DNA of 64,000 nt, from positions 10,975,875 to 11,039,874 of the forward strand of contig OZ316891.1 in NCBI GenBank assembly GCA_973895155.1, read 5' to 3'. Positions 52,891-64,000 of this stretch are shown piece after piece (positions within the stretch are counted from its first letter, which is position 1; each line of letters begins with the position of its first letter). The translations under genes were made by a program, and so were the position numbers. The DNA is from Marsupella aquatica (Eukaryota > Plantae > Marchantiophyta). The notes under the pieces are model-generated. The model saw only the letters and a program-made list of their open reading frames with translations. It ran no database searches and was not told the DNA's origin.

Positions 52891-54517
52891 GATGGGCTTT
52901 GATTCACAGGTCGCCCGGCTCGGTCCCTTGTTGCAGCTCGCCCAGCTCCACAACACCATAGACAAGGAGTTCGCAGGTCGAGTTTCCACCACGCAGCGTT
53001 AGCAAAATGACAATGCTTGATCTTCGCCCTCCGCCCTTTGCCCGAACCCCAAAATATCACAAGCGCAGCTCCAACGTCCAACCGGCAACCCTCCCCCAAG
53101 CTTTGTTAGACAAAAATCAGCACAGCACAGCTGAGCTCGACGGAAATAAGCTTAGCACCCACCGCAGCTGAACAAAGCTCACACAAGAGCTCATACGGGA
53201 GCTCGCTGTGGGAGTAAAAGAAAAATAGGAGGGTCGATGGCAGCCCGCAACTCCCACTGTACCCTGCTCCTTCACAACTTTGGCGAGCTCCTTTGCAACT
53301 CCAATGCAAACTACTATCCACAATTGTAAATGCACATCAATCAGCCAAACCTAAACCCTCCCACTGAGCTCAGACTCCCGCACAGCACTCCCGCAGTAGC
53401 ACTCTTGCAACAGCAGCGCAACCCTTTGCACTCCCGCAGCACTCCCGCAGCACATTGCACAGCCTCCCGCAACACTTTGCACAGCGCTCCCGCAGCTCCT
53501 GGAGACCTGATTGAAGCCTTGATTGCACACTCTTGAGGCAAAACAGCAGCGCAACCTTGCTAAACCCCTCGACCCTCTCGCCCTAAACGCTGAGTGGCAG
53601 ACACTAACCGCAACATTCAACGTTGAGCCTCGATACTTTGTGAGAAAAGTAAAACACGACTGAAAGGCGCGAGGGTGAAAAGGGTGCAAAGAGCCGTTTG
53701 GCGCCAACCTTACCATAACATGGCAGCCCCTAGAGTGATCTCAGCCATCCGGATGAAAAGAGATTGCCTTGAGTGATCTCGACCATCAATATGCAGGTTT
53801 CATGTTAACCCCAGGCCCCCATTCCCTCTACGTCAAGTGTCTAAATTAATTACACTCCAAGCCTTGTCTAGCCCCTAAAAACTAGTGCTAAGTCATGACT
53901 ACTAGGCCCTCTCAAAGTATTGCCCAGCTGAGTAAACTTCCAATATGCAACTTTTTGATGGTGGGGATCGATGGACTCCATCCAATGGTCCCTAAACCCC
54001 CCATCCCCTTAACCCTAAACCCCCCACCCTTGACATCTCAACCCTCCACCCTTGACATGTAAACCCCCCCTAAACCCCCTTTAGTGAAAACTCAGCCACC
54101 CCCACGCCTTGACATATAAACCCCCTAAACGTCTGGACAACTCGACTATGGCCAGACTGTTTTTGCAATGCCAGGGGCCATTTTAGAGCGCCGCTTGCAA
54201 GTTCATGAAGCATGTTGCCTCTAGCTCTCCAAATCCTCCCAAGGCAGCAAACAAGTTAGGGTCCACGGTCCCTGTTCGTTTACCCTAAATTGCTGCGTCA
54301 CTATTTCAATTGAGTGTTCTCTGACCCAAAACCCCATTCAAGTTGCTGACTTCTAATCTGCATTCCTCATATTGCAGGATGGATCAAAGGAGCCCACAGG
54401 GAAGTGATGCCCCTAGTGGAGGCTACTGGCTGTGATCGCTGGTGGACTGTTGCTCCTTCTGGTACATCACATGCCTGTCCCTAATTTTTGAAGGTAATTT
54501 TGCAGATCTTGTTCAGC

Positions 54518-55213
54518 ATGGCACACATCGCTCGTCAGTTGCTGGATCCAAGATTTGGGCATAGGGAGCACCTTCGTATGGATCCCCCTTGCTGTTTTGA
54601 ATGTGACGAGGGAGGAACTGTTTTGTTCTGTGATGGCCCTTGTGGTCGCCATTTTCATTATGTAGTTGATGGCCACAACCCTGATGAAGAAGATGGCCAT
54701 GGACCTACATGTCAGCGCATTGTCATTTCCAGAGGTCACGATTGGGCTGCAGCTTGGCTCTATGATCTCTGTCAGCAAAACAGAGGAAGATGTTTTGGTT
54801 GTGGGCTCCTTGGCAGAACCTTGAGAGCCAGCACAGACGAGCCCCTTGTGGTCCAGTGTTCTCATGATGATTGCTACTCATTTTACCATGTGGGTTGCCT
54901 CCGGACACTTCTGCGATTGGGGGAAATGCCATTCACCCGCCATCCAGATAACCCTGATGCACATCCCGATGCTTTTATATGCCCACGACATTACTGTGAG
55001 GTCTGTAAGGAGTATCGGGAGGGCATTTGGGACTTTGTCCAATGTCGTAGATGCCCTCGTGCATGGTGTCGTGATGAAGGACCAACAGCAGACAGGCACT
55101 TGAGGAGAGGGGTGAGGGGCCGAGACACCTGGGACATTGGACAGTGGCGCATGATTTACTGTAATCGCCATGTCATTCCAGAGGGTTCTGATATCCCTAG
55201 TACCCATGACTAG
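54518..55213 (+). CDS. Stand-alone EDM2-like composite PHD finger module (transposon cargo), possibly degenerate
   Basis: CFECDEGGTVLFCDGPCGRHFH...RCFGCGLLG...VVQCSHDDCYSFYHVGC...FICPRHYCEVC...VQCRRCPRAW...W...MIYCNRHVI is collinear with the recalled EDM2 PHD region (CAICDNGG..CCEG.CLRSFH...CFICK.LG...FYHP.C...CPLHKC.VC...CRRCPKSYH...LIYC.EHEI); WLYDLC appears to have lost a Cys via TGT>TAT. Confidence 0.85.
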   Translation: MAHIARQLLDPRFGHREHLRMDPPCCFECDEGGTVLFCDGPCGRHFHYVVDGHNPDEEDGHGPTCQRIVISRGHDWAAAWLYDLCQQNRGRCFGCGLLGRTLRASTDEPLVVQCSHDDCYSFYHVGCLRTLLRLGEMPFTRHPDNPDAHPDAFICPRHYCEVCKEYREGIWDFVQCRRCPRAWCRDEGPTADRHLRRGVRGRDTWDIGQWRMIYCNRHVIPEGSDIPSTHD

Positions 55214-55295
55214 ACACATCATGATTGCTACAAATTCCACCATCTTACAAACTTCAACCTTTTTTGTAGTGGACCCATAAGACAACCTAAATTAT

Positions 55296-55397
55296 ATGAA
55301 CTTAAGTATTTGGTTGAATGCTATGGACTTAAGTATTTGGTTGAATGCTATGGACTTAAGTATTTCGATGAATGAAAGGGACCTAAGTATTTGGTTG
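55296..55397. repeat. ~27-bp minisatellite, about 4 units
   Basis: ggacttaagtatttggttgaatgctat variants. Confidence 0.85.
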
Positions 55398-56210
55398 TCA
55401 AACAAAATGGAATTTTGATGAATTGAAATGGACTACAATAGATTGAGTGTTCAGATGACATTGTGAATGGTTGACTTGAGTCCTGATCTTTTTCCATGTC
55501 TGTCCATTGTTGTATGACAGGTTCATCTACCTAATCCCTCTCCCTCACAACCTGTATAACTGTCCATCATGGCACACCTAGGCATGAGCTCTGTCAGATT
55601 GGTAGAAAAGGTCAAAAGCAAGCTAGAGGGGTACTAAAAGGATCTCCACTTTCTCCACCAAAAGGACTTGGGTCCTTGAACTAATTCTCAGAATATTCTC
55701 CAGTGACCAAAATGTGACATGGAAGGGCCCAGATCTGTTTCGTGCCCATCCAAAGGTTAGATTTGAATTTGAGTCCAAATATGCATTGAATGTACCCCTC
55801 TAAAGCGAAGTGGTGGCCCCAAAAGCCAGTTGTTAGTGATTAAGGATCTTTGTTTGATTATAGACGCCGGTTTTAGGACGGTTCAAAATTCAAAATATCA
55901 ATTAAGACATCCCAAACTTTATGCTAAATCCAAAACAAGGACTGTTGCAACCACTGTTGCCCGACGACTCCTTTGGAGCTTCGTGACTTATTTTGAATGT
56001 TGCGTCGGACTCTGTATCCAAAGCTCGAGGCACAACACGCAATGCTTTCAATATTCCCATTCTTAAAGAAACGCTTGAAAGAATGCACACGGTCAGGTTT
56101 GATGTTGCATTATTTTCAGATCCCTCCTTTCACTTGAGAGTCTTCCTTATTCATGAACAATTCCATTTCGGAAGTCGGAGATATTTAGAGTAGAGGTGAG
56201 TGCGTAGAGG

Positions 56211-59200
56211 GTGGGCACATACAGAGCTTATTTGCAAATTCATCAACGAGAGATGGTGATTCTTAGTAACGTAGAAGATGCACTTGAAAGGATAAAGAGA
56301 GAGGCTCGTAACCAAAGAAGGCGTCAAAAATACTACGATCAGTCTGAGAGGAAGAAAAAAGATGCAACCACTCAATGCAATTGGGAGAACGAGGTTCTTG
56401 CGGATGCAGAGCAGCATTGTAATGACATTCTTGCAGATGCGGAGCAACAAGGTTTGGATATGCTTGCGGATGCGGAGTTACAATGTGAAAACATGCTCAC
56501 TGAGGTAGAGCAAGAAGGGCAGCAATTGCTTCGTGGTGTGAATCAACAATGCAAGGCGCTAAAGATGGCTGCTATGGATGACATACGAGAAATCACTGCC
56601 CAAGCACAGAGTGAGGTTGCTCCGTTGTTACACACCATGCTTTCAAACTTGCAAGAGGAAGTTGCTAAAGGCAAGGAAAGAGTCTGTGTTTTGAATGCAA
56701 CCATAGGCAGAAGGGAAGCACGTCTCCAAGCATTGAATGCGCAACTCGCAGTGTCTATTGATGAGCCAGAGTTTCAAGTTCATGATTTGGACAAGGCTGT
56801 AGCATTTCGGAGAAGAGACGCAGCAAGGAAACGAGCTCAATACCAAGAGGAGCACCAATCTTGCACCCGCATGAAGAGAACGGGGGTATGTAGTGACCAC
56901 GGTGATCCTATCCCAAACCGGAAGCGACAGTGCATCAATAGATTAGTTTCCAATTTCATTAGGGTTTTAATGAGTCGAAGGAAAGACCTTAATGTGGCTG
57001 CTAGAAAGCTAGTTATGGAGAGATTTTGGTTGCATAGTGCTTTGAGACAATACCAGCCTGCAGCGCTTGGGTGTGCAAGGCTAGATGCATCTGTAGGGTC
57101 TACCATGATTGACCTTGTTAAATCTCTAAAAATTGTGAAATCAGCTAGACGCAAAGATCATCTAGCCATGAAGAGAGCGCTCTTGATATCGCTGGTAGGA
57201 GAGTCCATAGTAGGGAGTAGATACCAGACCTCATTGGCCACAACTTTGGGTGTCAAACGTCAAAACATCCACAAAGCAGGTGCAATGAGGAAACAGCTTG
57301 ATCAGGATGCAGCATTGAGATATCCTACCGGTGACCGAAAGGTTAGGAGTGACAAGATTTCTATTGAGGTGCGAAAGATTGTGGAACAATACTGGGAGAG
57401 CAATACTCAAATTTCTCCTTGCAAGAAGGATGTGGCCAAACTATGCCTAGGTTTGAAGCAGTACGAGAAGCATTCCAAGCATTGGCTTGAGGATACTGAG
57501 GTAAATAATTATTTTTTGCTAATAGTATGATCGTGTTGAACTCGTATTCTCTGAAGTGCATGACAGAGTTTCTATGAGTAAGCTGAACCTTACCCCCTGG
57601 CGAATGGATCCTGATTTCATATTGCGTGTCTTGCAGGTTGAGCTCTTCATGAAATTCGAAAATTGGTGCACCGTGGAGGGGAATGGCATTTCTATAGGTC
57701 TCAGATCTTTTCAACAATTAAAGCCATACTATATCCGCACTATGAAGGATAGAATGGTTTGTTGCTGCAAACAACATGTTGAAATGGACCTGTTGAAAGA
57801 GGCACTCAACAAGTTCAGGAGACACCAGCACCAAAAGGATTGTAATTGTGAGTGTTCCATATGTAGATCACCCAATGCTTCTTTAGAGGGTCGCAGTTGT
57901 ATTGCCTCTAAGACATCCATTACTTCAGTACGAGAATGGATGGAAGGAGCAGTTTGTCCTAAGCTTGAGGGTTAGGAATGGCACCGGAAGAGTTGTATTT
58001 TTGGTCAGTGTGAGAGATGTGGAGTTCACAAGTTGTCATGGTGTGAAATGGAGATGGACATCATAGAGACACCTTATATTGATTGGGAAACCTTTCAATA
58101 CGTGGAGCTAGATGAGAAGACACAGAACAAGAGAGAAAAGAAAAAAGGGACTGCTGAAAGCGCACAACAGAAGGTAAAGCGCTTGCGGATGGTGCATCGA
58201 AGAACTTCTCTTCCTGATTTCAAGCTGCACGTACTAGGTACAATGAAGACATTTCTTATTCATAATTTTCGAGCCCGTTGGCAAGCTGTTCAGTCCAAAC
58301 TCTGCTTTACCTTCCCGCGGGGAACTATAGTGTCGTCCATAGACTTTTCTGAGAATTATACGTTCAAGGTCCAGAATGAGATCCAAACTCAGCATTGGGA
58401 TAATAAACAAATTACCTTGTTGATTCTTGTGACATACAGACATCGTGAAGATGTTGAGTCTATTGAGGCTGCCGTAGGTAGGTCTGTAGGAATGGCACAA
58501 GACAGCATTGGGAATCGAGACATTATAGCTGATTACCATTTTTCATTAGTGATGACAACACCCATGACACCCTTTTTGTGCAACACTGCATGGACTCACA
58601 CGTAAACTGGATGAAGCAAGAGAAAATTTCATTCAAGCACCATTGGGTTTGGTCAGATGGAGCGGCTTCACAGTTTAAGGCTTGCAGGCCTTTTTATTAT
58701 GTCTCCAGATATTACAAGCGACATGGTGCTAGAATGAAATGGTTCTTCCATGCTTCAGGACATGGAAAGGGGGTTGCTGTGAGTTTCTTAACTCGTCTTT
58801 GATCAGTTACTGCTCTATTTGACCATCATGAACAATCTGATTCAATACTATAGTGAGCTTTCATTGTAAATAGTGAGCTTTACAAATTGCACAGGTGTAC
58901 ATTCATTCACCCTTTGATTGAATTGTAATTGGTGTGCTTCATTTCAGGATGCTCTTGGTGGTCACATTAAGAGCGGAATAGAGAAGGAGCAGCTGAAAGG
59001 AATTCATGGAGCTCGGTTGGAGAATGCTGCTGATGTGGTTGCTTTTTGCAAAGACAAATTTGCCCTTGGCCAAGAGAAGGAATATGGTGACGTTCAATTG
59101 GTGAGGCAAATGTTTTGGGAAATTGGTGCACATGAAGTGAACCGAAGGAAAAAATGGGACTGTGACGCAATCAAGGGAAGTAGAACACTACATTGCTTTG

Positions 59201-59811
59201 ATGGGTTTAGTGATCGTCTCTCTACTCTTTTGCAAGTAAGGGATCTTTGTTGCTTCTGTGCTCATTGTGTAGATGATGAACCAGCCAAATGTGAGAACAT
59301 AGAATGGGTAGGACATTTTAAACTCGAGATGGTGAGAGGAGTACTGCCAATTGATGTGATACCTGACATACACAACATAGGACTAGGGGAAGGAGGTTCT
59401 CAATGGCAGGATGGCTTTTTGGCAGAATTGGTCCAACTAGGTGACTTTTATGCTGTTGAAGCCGAGCAGCCAAATAAGTGGGGTGCTGATTTCTACGTCC
59501 TTCAATGTGAGGAGGTACTGCACACAATCAAAGAGAGATTTACAGACGGGTATGAGGTGGAGTTCGATGCAGGCGACTTGGCATTGAAGGGAAGGTGGTT
59601 TCAACCAATTCCAAAATCAGAAACCAGATTTGTATTCAATGACACTGCACCCTCAAGCTATACTCATGCAAAATCTGTAGTTCATATTAGGTTTGCTTTG
59701 ACTCCATGTGAGGTTGGTCGAAAGGGTGGCAGTAGGATGTACATCTTAGATGTACATTCTCTAGAAGCAATCTCTGCTTCCTTGACTTCACAAGTCACTG
59801 TTGGAACGTAG
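56211..59811 (+). pseudogene. Sola2-type DDD transposase; exons ~56211-57500, 57637-58778, 58948-59811; one nonsense codon (57973-57975) and one frameshift (~58540)
   Basis: IDFSENYTFKVQNEIQTQHW, ISDDNTHD, VWSDGAASQFK and, after splicing, FFHASGHGKGVA|DALGGHIK are the motif blocks around the Sola2 catalytic aspartates; upstream Cys/His clusters CCCKQH and CIFGQCERCG. Confidence 0.85.
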
Positions 59812-59874
59812 ATTGTGCATTTAGGCGCTACAATGGAGTGAAGTGCCTGCACTAGAAGAATCCGAGGTGAACTG

Positions 59875-60205
59875 AGACCGCAATATATGACTCATTTTGG
59901 CTCATGTGACTTCATTGTGACTCAACGTGACTTGACCCACGCTGTGACCCTTGGAGTTGCAAAAGTTGAGACCAAAAAATGGAAGTCACTATTGATACTG
60001 GGCTTTGCAACTTGCTTGATACCCATTTGTGACTGATCTGTGACTTTATTGTGGAGTCTAGCCTTGTTTCGACGTGACTGCAATATGACTTCAGCGAGTC
60101 ACATCGTAAGTCACATACATGACTTACCCGCATTCAACAACGACTAGCGTGTGACTATTTAGTGTCACAAGAGAGACCAATGGAGACCCTGGCCCGCGTC
60201 ACACA
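59875..60205. repeat. Internal array of (G/A)TGACT / AGTCAC motifs between the convergent transposase and TnpA-like copy 2
   Basis: About 16 copies by eye in ~330 bp, both orientations. Confidence 0.8.
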
Positions 60206-60704
60206 ACAGAACCATTTGGGACTCTATATACTCATGTTTATAACTAATAAGGTTCACATGCAAGTTATAACCATGACTAATGAACACAGAGGGACAGTTC
60301 ATAAGGAGAGAGAGCACTCGACATTACAATACATAGAAACCTGATGTTCTAACTTTAGAAATATAACACATTGAATACAAGAAATGAACATAGCATGAAT
60401 GACATCCACATGAAACAAAGCATCATATAAGCAGATCCTACATAAAACATTCATAAGAATTAAACACAATCACAATCTTGCTAAAAAATGAAGATCATTT
60501 GAATTCCAATGGAATAGTTTACAATGTGATCAATGTAATTTAGACAAAACAGGAACTCATAATTGATGACTGTAGGATGAGATAACTGAAAGCACATGCA
60601 TGATACTATGAATCTCCAAGAGGACATGATTCTTGTACTGCTTCTTGACATCTAAAATCTACATAACATGACTCACACTACAAACAAATAATGGCATGAC
60701 ATTG

Positions 60705-63700
60705 TTATGGATCCTCTATGAACTTGCTTGGCCATAATACCAAAGAACCTGCAGCATCTCCAAGTGTCTTTTGAGGAGGATCATCATTTGTGTTTGGAAT
60801 GGGAAGGATAGCTTTAGGTTTCACTAGTAATGTGACTAACACTACTGAATAACCTGGGGGAATCCTCTTGCCATGGAACGTTGTGGAACCAACCTGCACT
60901 CTGGCAAATCCTACTCGTGTTCCACTCTCATCAACAGCTAACAAGCCACTTTGTCCCTCAGCATTAGGTGCTTTCCCCACTTCCACCTTAGATCTTTCTG
61001 CCAGCACTGTTCTTGGAGGTTTGTATGAAACCTTTGACGTGGCTCTGCTCCCACCAGCAGACTTGCTTCGTGTGCGCATGCTTCCTCTCTTCACAGTAGT
61101 GAAGCTAGGCTCAGTAGGTTCCTCTATTAGGACTGTCACAGTAGCAGGTTCATCACCTGGGAGTGTCATACCAACTAACTCTTTGGTTGGATTTATCTCA
61201 ACAAGAGGCACACCTGTCATTGAGAATGATACATTCTGCAAATCATTTATCTCTGCAATGGAGTCAAGATCTACATAGCATGAATCTGGCTCAATGGTAT
61301 CATTGTCATGCTTGCTGATATCCTCATTTGCCCCAACATTGATATCATCCACTCCCTTGCCAATGTCATCCTCATCCAAACATGGTTGACTGCCCTCTGT
61401 CAAACAAGTTGCTTGTACAGACTGCAACTTTGTTGCCTCTAAATTACAGCGAGTATTTGCCAGGTTCTCATACTTCTTCTCTGTAGCACCTGTCTTATTC
61501 TCTATGGACACAACAACCACAATATATGTTACTGAAAATAACACATTCAACAAACAATGTCAATTCAAACTATACATTTAATAATCATATCCCACACAGT
61601 TGTAAAGGCCTTACCTTCAAGCCTACATGTCGTTGGCATGCCAGAAGAGTGCATCGACTTTGCCACCTCAAGTGGTGATGGTGGAACTCCTGCAGAATTG
61701 GAATCAATTTTATCTCTCACCGACACAACAGCTTCCATTAAGGTCTTGAAGTTCACATGGAACAAGTCAGTCAATGAATTCAAACGTTCATTGATCTCTG
61801 GAAGACATGTTTCGACAGCCTTCAAACGACCACTTATCTCTGTAAGTGAAGATCCACCTCCCTACATGACACAGGGGTATAGGTTCAATCACTCCATATG
61901 AAATGTTGGGCAATATATGCACAATCAATGTTATATACAGTGTACACCTGAAATTCAACGCAGGTCATTCAATTACCAATCAGAACTCATATAACTTACA
62001 TGCTTGGAGGATTCAGATGCACCCTCTTGAGCCCGGGTGTTCACAATTTCAGCCCTCAACTCTTCTTTTGAAGGGCTTTGCCCCAATTGGGCTTTCTGCA
62101 CATGCATGGCAAACACAAGTTATCGATCAATATTCAGGGAACGTACACTAAAAAACAAAGTTTACATGTATGGGTTTACACTAAAAAATAGTACATAGTG
62201 TAGCATAAATTACATAGCTAGGCCATTCATTCTTACCAAACGTTTAGCTGTCGGTGCAGTGCCGGTCCTTCCTGTCAGATTAGGGTTCTGAACACTCAAC
62301 CTGGCCTCGGTCATCTGTGAACTCTTCTTTTTTGAAGCATCTGTTACAAAATAAGCTACTAACCTTGCCCACACTTTATCATCACAACTGGCTGGTGGAG
62401 GCATATCTGGCTTCTCCCCACCTTCCTTCCAAGCCTTATGCATTCTCCACCTCTCTTGCTTGATAATTTTACCTGCTGTACTCTCTAGGCAACCTATGTC
62501 CACGCCATCATCACTGCCCACATAATTCCATTTGGCAGCAATATTTTCACATACAGTCTTCCAATCTTTTGGATGCTGTTTTTTAAAATTAATAGCACTC
62601 ACATCTAACCAACGCAATACTTCAGCTTTCAAATCAGCATGCCATCGGTTCTTGCGAGGACACTCAGCATCCACCCATTGTCTCTCATTCAACTTTATGT
62701 TCCCTTTCTTTGTCACCTCCCCTCGTGCACTGCTCTCGGTAGTACTGGGCGTTGTATTGGCCACCCCTTCATTCACCCTACCTGGGGTTCTGAAGCCACC
62801 TGGGAAAATACAATGCCATTCATGCTTGAGAACTACATATAGCAGAATGGATGACGGCAACATTCAATGCTTCACTTCAAGAAAAATTCTTCAAACATAC
62901 ATACCTGTAGCTCTGCCTGTAGATGCCTGTGCAGGGACTGCACTCTGAAATTGTTGCGACCCTGGACCACCTGTCCAGCCTAGTACATGGGCCGGATGAT
63001 GTCACTTTCTAGGTATGTGTGTGCAAACATATGTACTGAAAACTAAGTACAAACTGTAGGAAAACAACTGAACATTCACCGACATACCTGTCCCCCTTCC
63101 GTGCTGCATCTGCATAGGGGCATTAGTGAATACTTGAGTCGATGGTTCGACTGTCCAACCTGCACACATACATTTTCTATCATTATACATGTGCAGAGTC
63201 CCCCCCCCCCACGTGAATGGACTCCACATATAATGAGTTCTTCCATTGCTGACAAGATCAGACATTACCTGCTCCTCTTCCAGCGTTTGTAGGTACTGAA
63301 TTTTGATATCCCTGCCAATTACCTTCACCACCTTCCCAACCTTGTTCATTCCACGACCCACCACCATCCTCCCAACCTGGTTCAACCCATGTCTGTCCTT
63401 GTGGACATTGGAACTGATCATTACTAGCATTTGCCCAATCAGGTTGGGCAGAATCTGCATGCAATGGCAGGTGGACAGAATTTCATGTTGTCTGAATCCA
63501 ATACATCCCAAACAATGTCAAAAATTGATATGCAGTCTGAAATTCAGGAGTGCCATGCCTTCACAAAGAACTGGCATATAGATATATACTCACATCCCCA
63601 TGGTTGAGGTGGACGTCCATACCCACGAGATTGTGGGTTTGGACCTGCTCTGCCTCTACCACGGGCATAACCTAGAGCTTGCCCCCTGCCATAGTATTGG

Positions 63701-64000
63701 GCACCAGCCTGGGATCTACCACTACTACCACCTCGCCAACCTTGATCAGAGGTCAGCCCCCCTGCTGGTATGGTGCATGCACAGGCTTCGAAGGCAAAAC
63801 AGAACTGGCAGGACGCTGCATCACATCACCAACTACAATGTCAAGAACTAAGCAAGGTACATATGTGTAGTACTGAACATATGAAACCTCTAAACAAGAG
63901 TTTTTAACTCAAAACCTTGTTGGGAAAACTACTTACATGTTTCTTTTGGGGCTGCTCTGCAATGTATTCATCTTCATAACCCCCATCCTCATCCATTTCC
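60705..64000 (-). pseudogene. CACTA TnpA-like gene copy 2, multi-exon, 5' end beyond window; probable frameshift near 63760
   Basis: 62238-62800 KNRWHADLKAEVLRWLD...IKQERWRMHKAW...VWARLVAYF...SSQMTEARLSV; C-terminus FHGKRIPPGYSVVLVTLLVKPKAILPIPNTNDDPPQKTLGDAAGSLVLWP; clearly paralogous to copy 1. Confidence 0.78.

Larger units (their letters stand above)
45248..64000. mobile_element. Giant composite DNA transposon (Sola2-type transposase plus cargo), right end not in window
   Basis: Left terminus ctcgggggggtcact shared with the MITE at 22058-22304; no matching right TIR seen before 64000; contains the transposase, two TnpA-like genes and a PHD module. Unity of the whole span is inferred. Confidence 0.7.

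Overview
Eukaryotic, intron-containing land-plant DNA, most likely from a non-seed plant such as a liverwort or moss (inferred from MIR536, gene structures and TE families). The left ~33 kb is host gene space: the 3' end of ATG6/Beclin-1, Yos1/IER3IP1, a peroxisomal-type SDR, a DUF4050 gene, an F-box gene and a MIR536 hairpin, interspersed with small repeats. The right half is transposon-rich. It holds an intact Bianca-type Ty1/copia with identical LTRs (37728-43489) and the 5' LTR+PBS of a second LTR element. That element is interrupted at ~45248 by a very large (>=18.7 kb, apparently running off the window) composite DNA transposon. The large element combines a Sola2-type DDD transposase, two divergent CACTA-TnpA-like genes with GW/WG- and RG-rich N-termini (each followed by a dense short-motif array), a stand-alone EDM2-like composite PHD module, and probable captured host gene fragments. 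A ~250-bp MITE of the same family lies at 22058-22304. This looks like a transposon carrying its own chromatin-reader/counter-silencing kit and is the most interesting signal here. This copy is decayed (stops and frameshifts). All family assignments are from motif recognition by eye; no searches were run.
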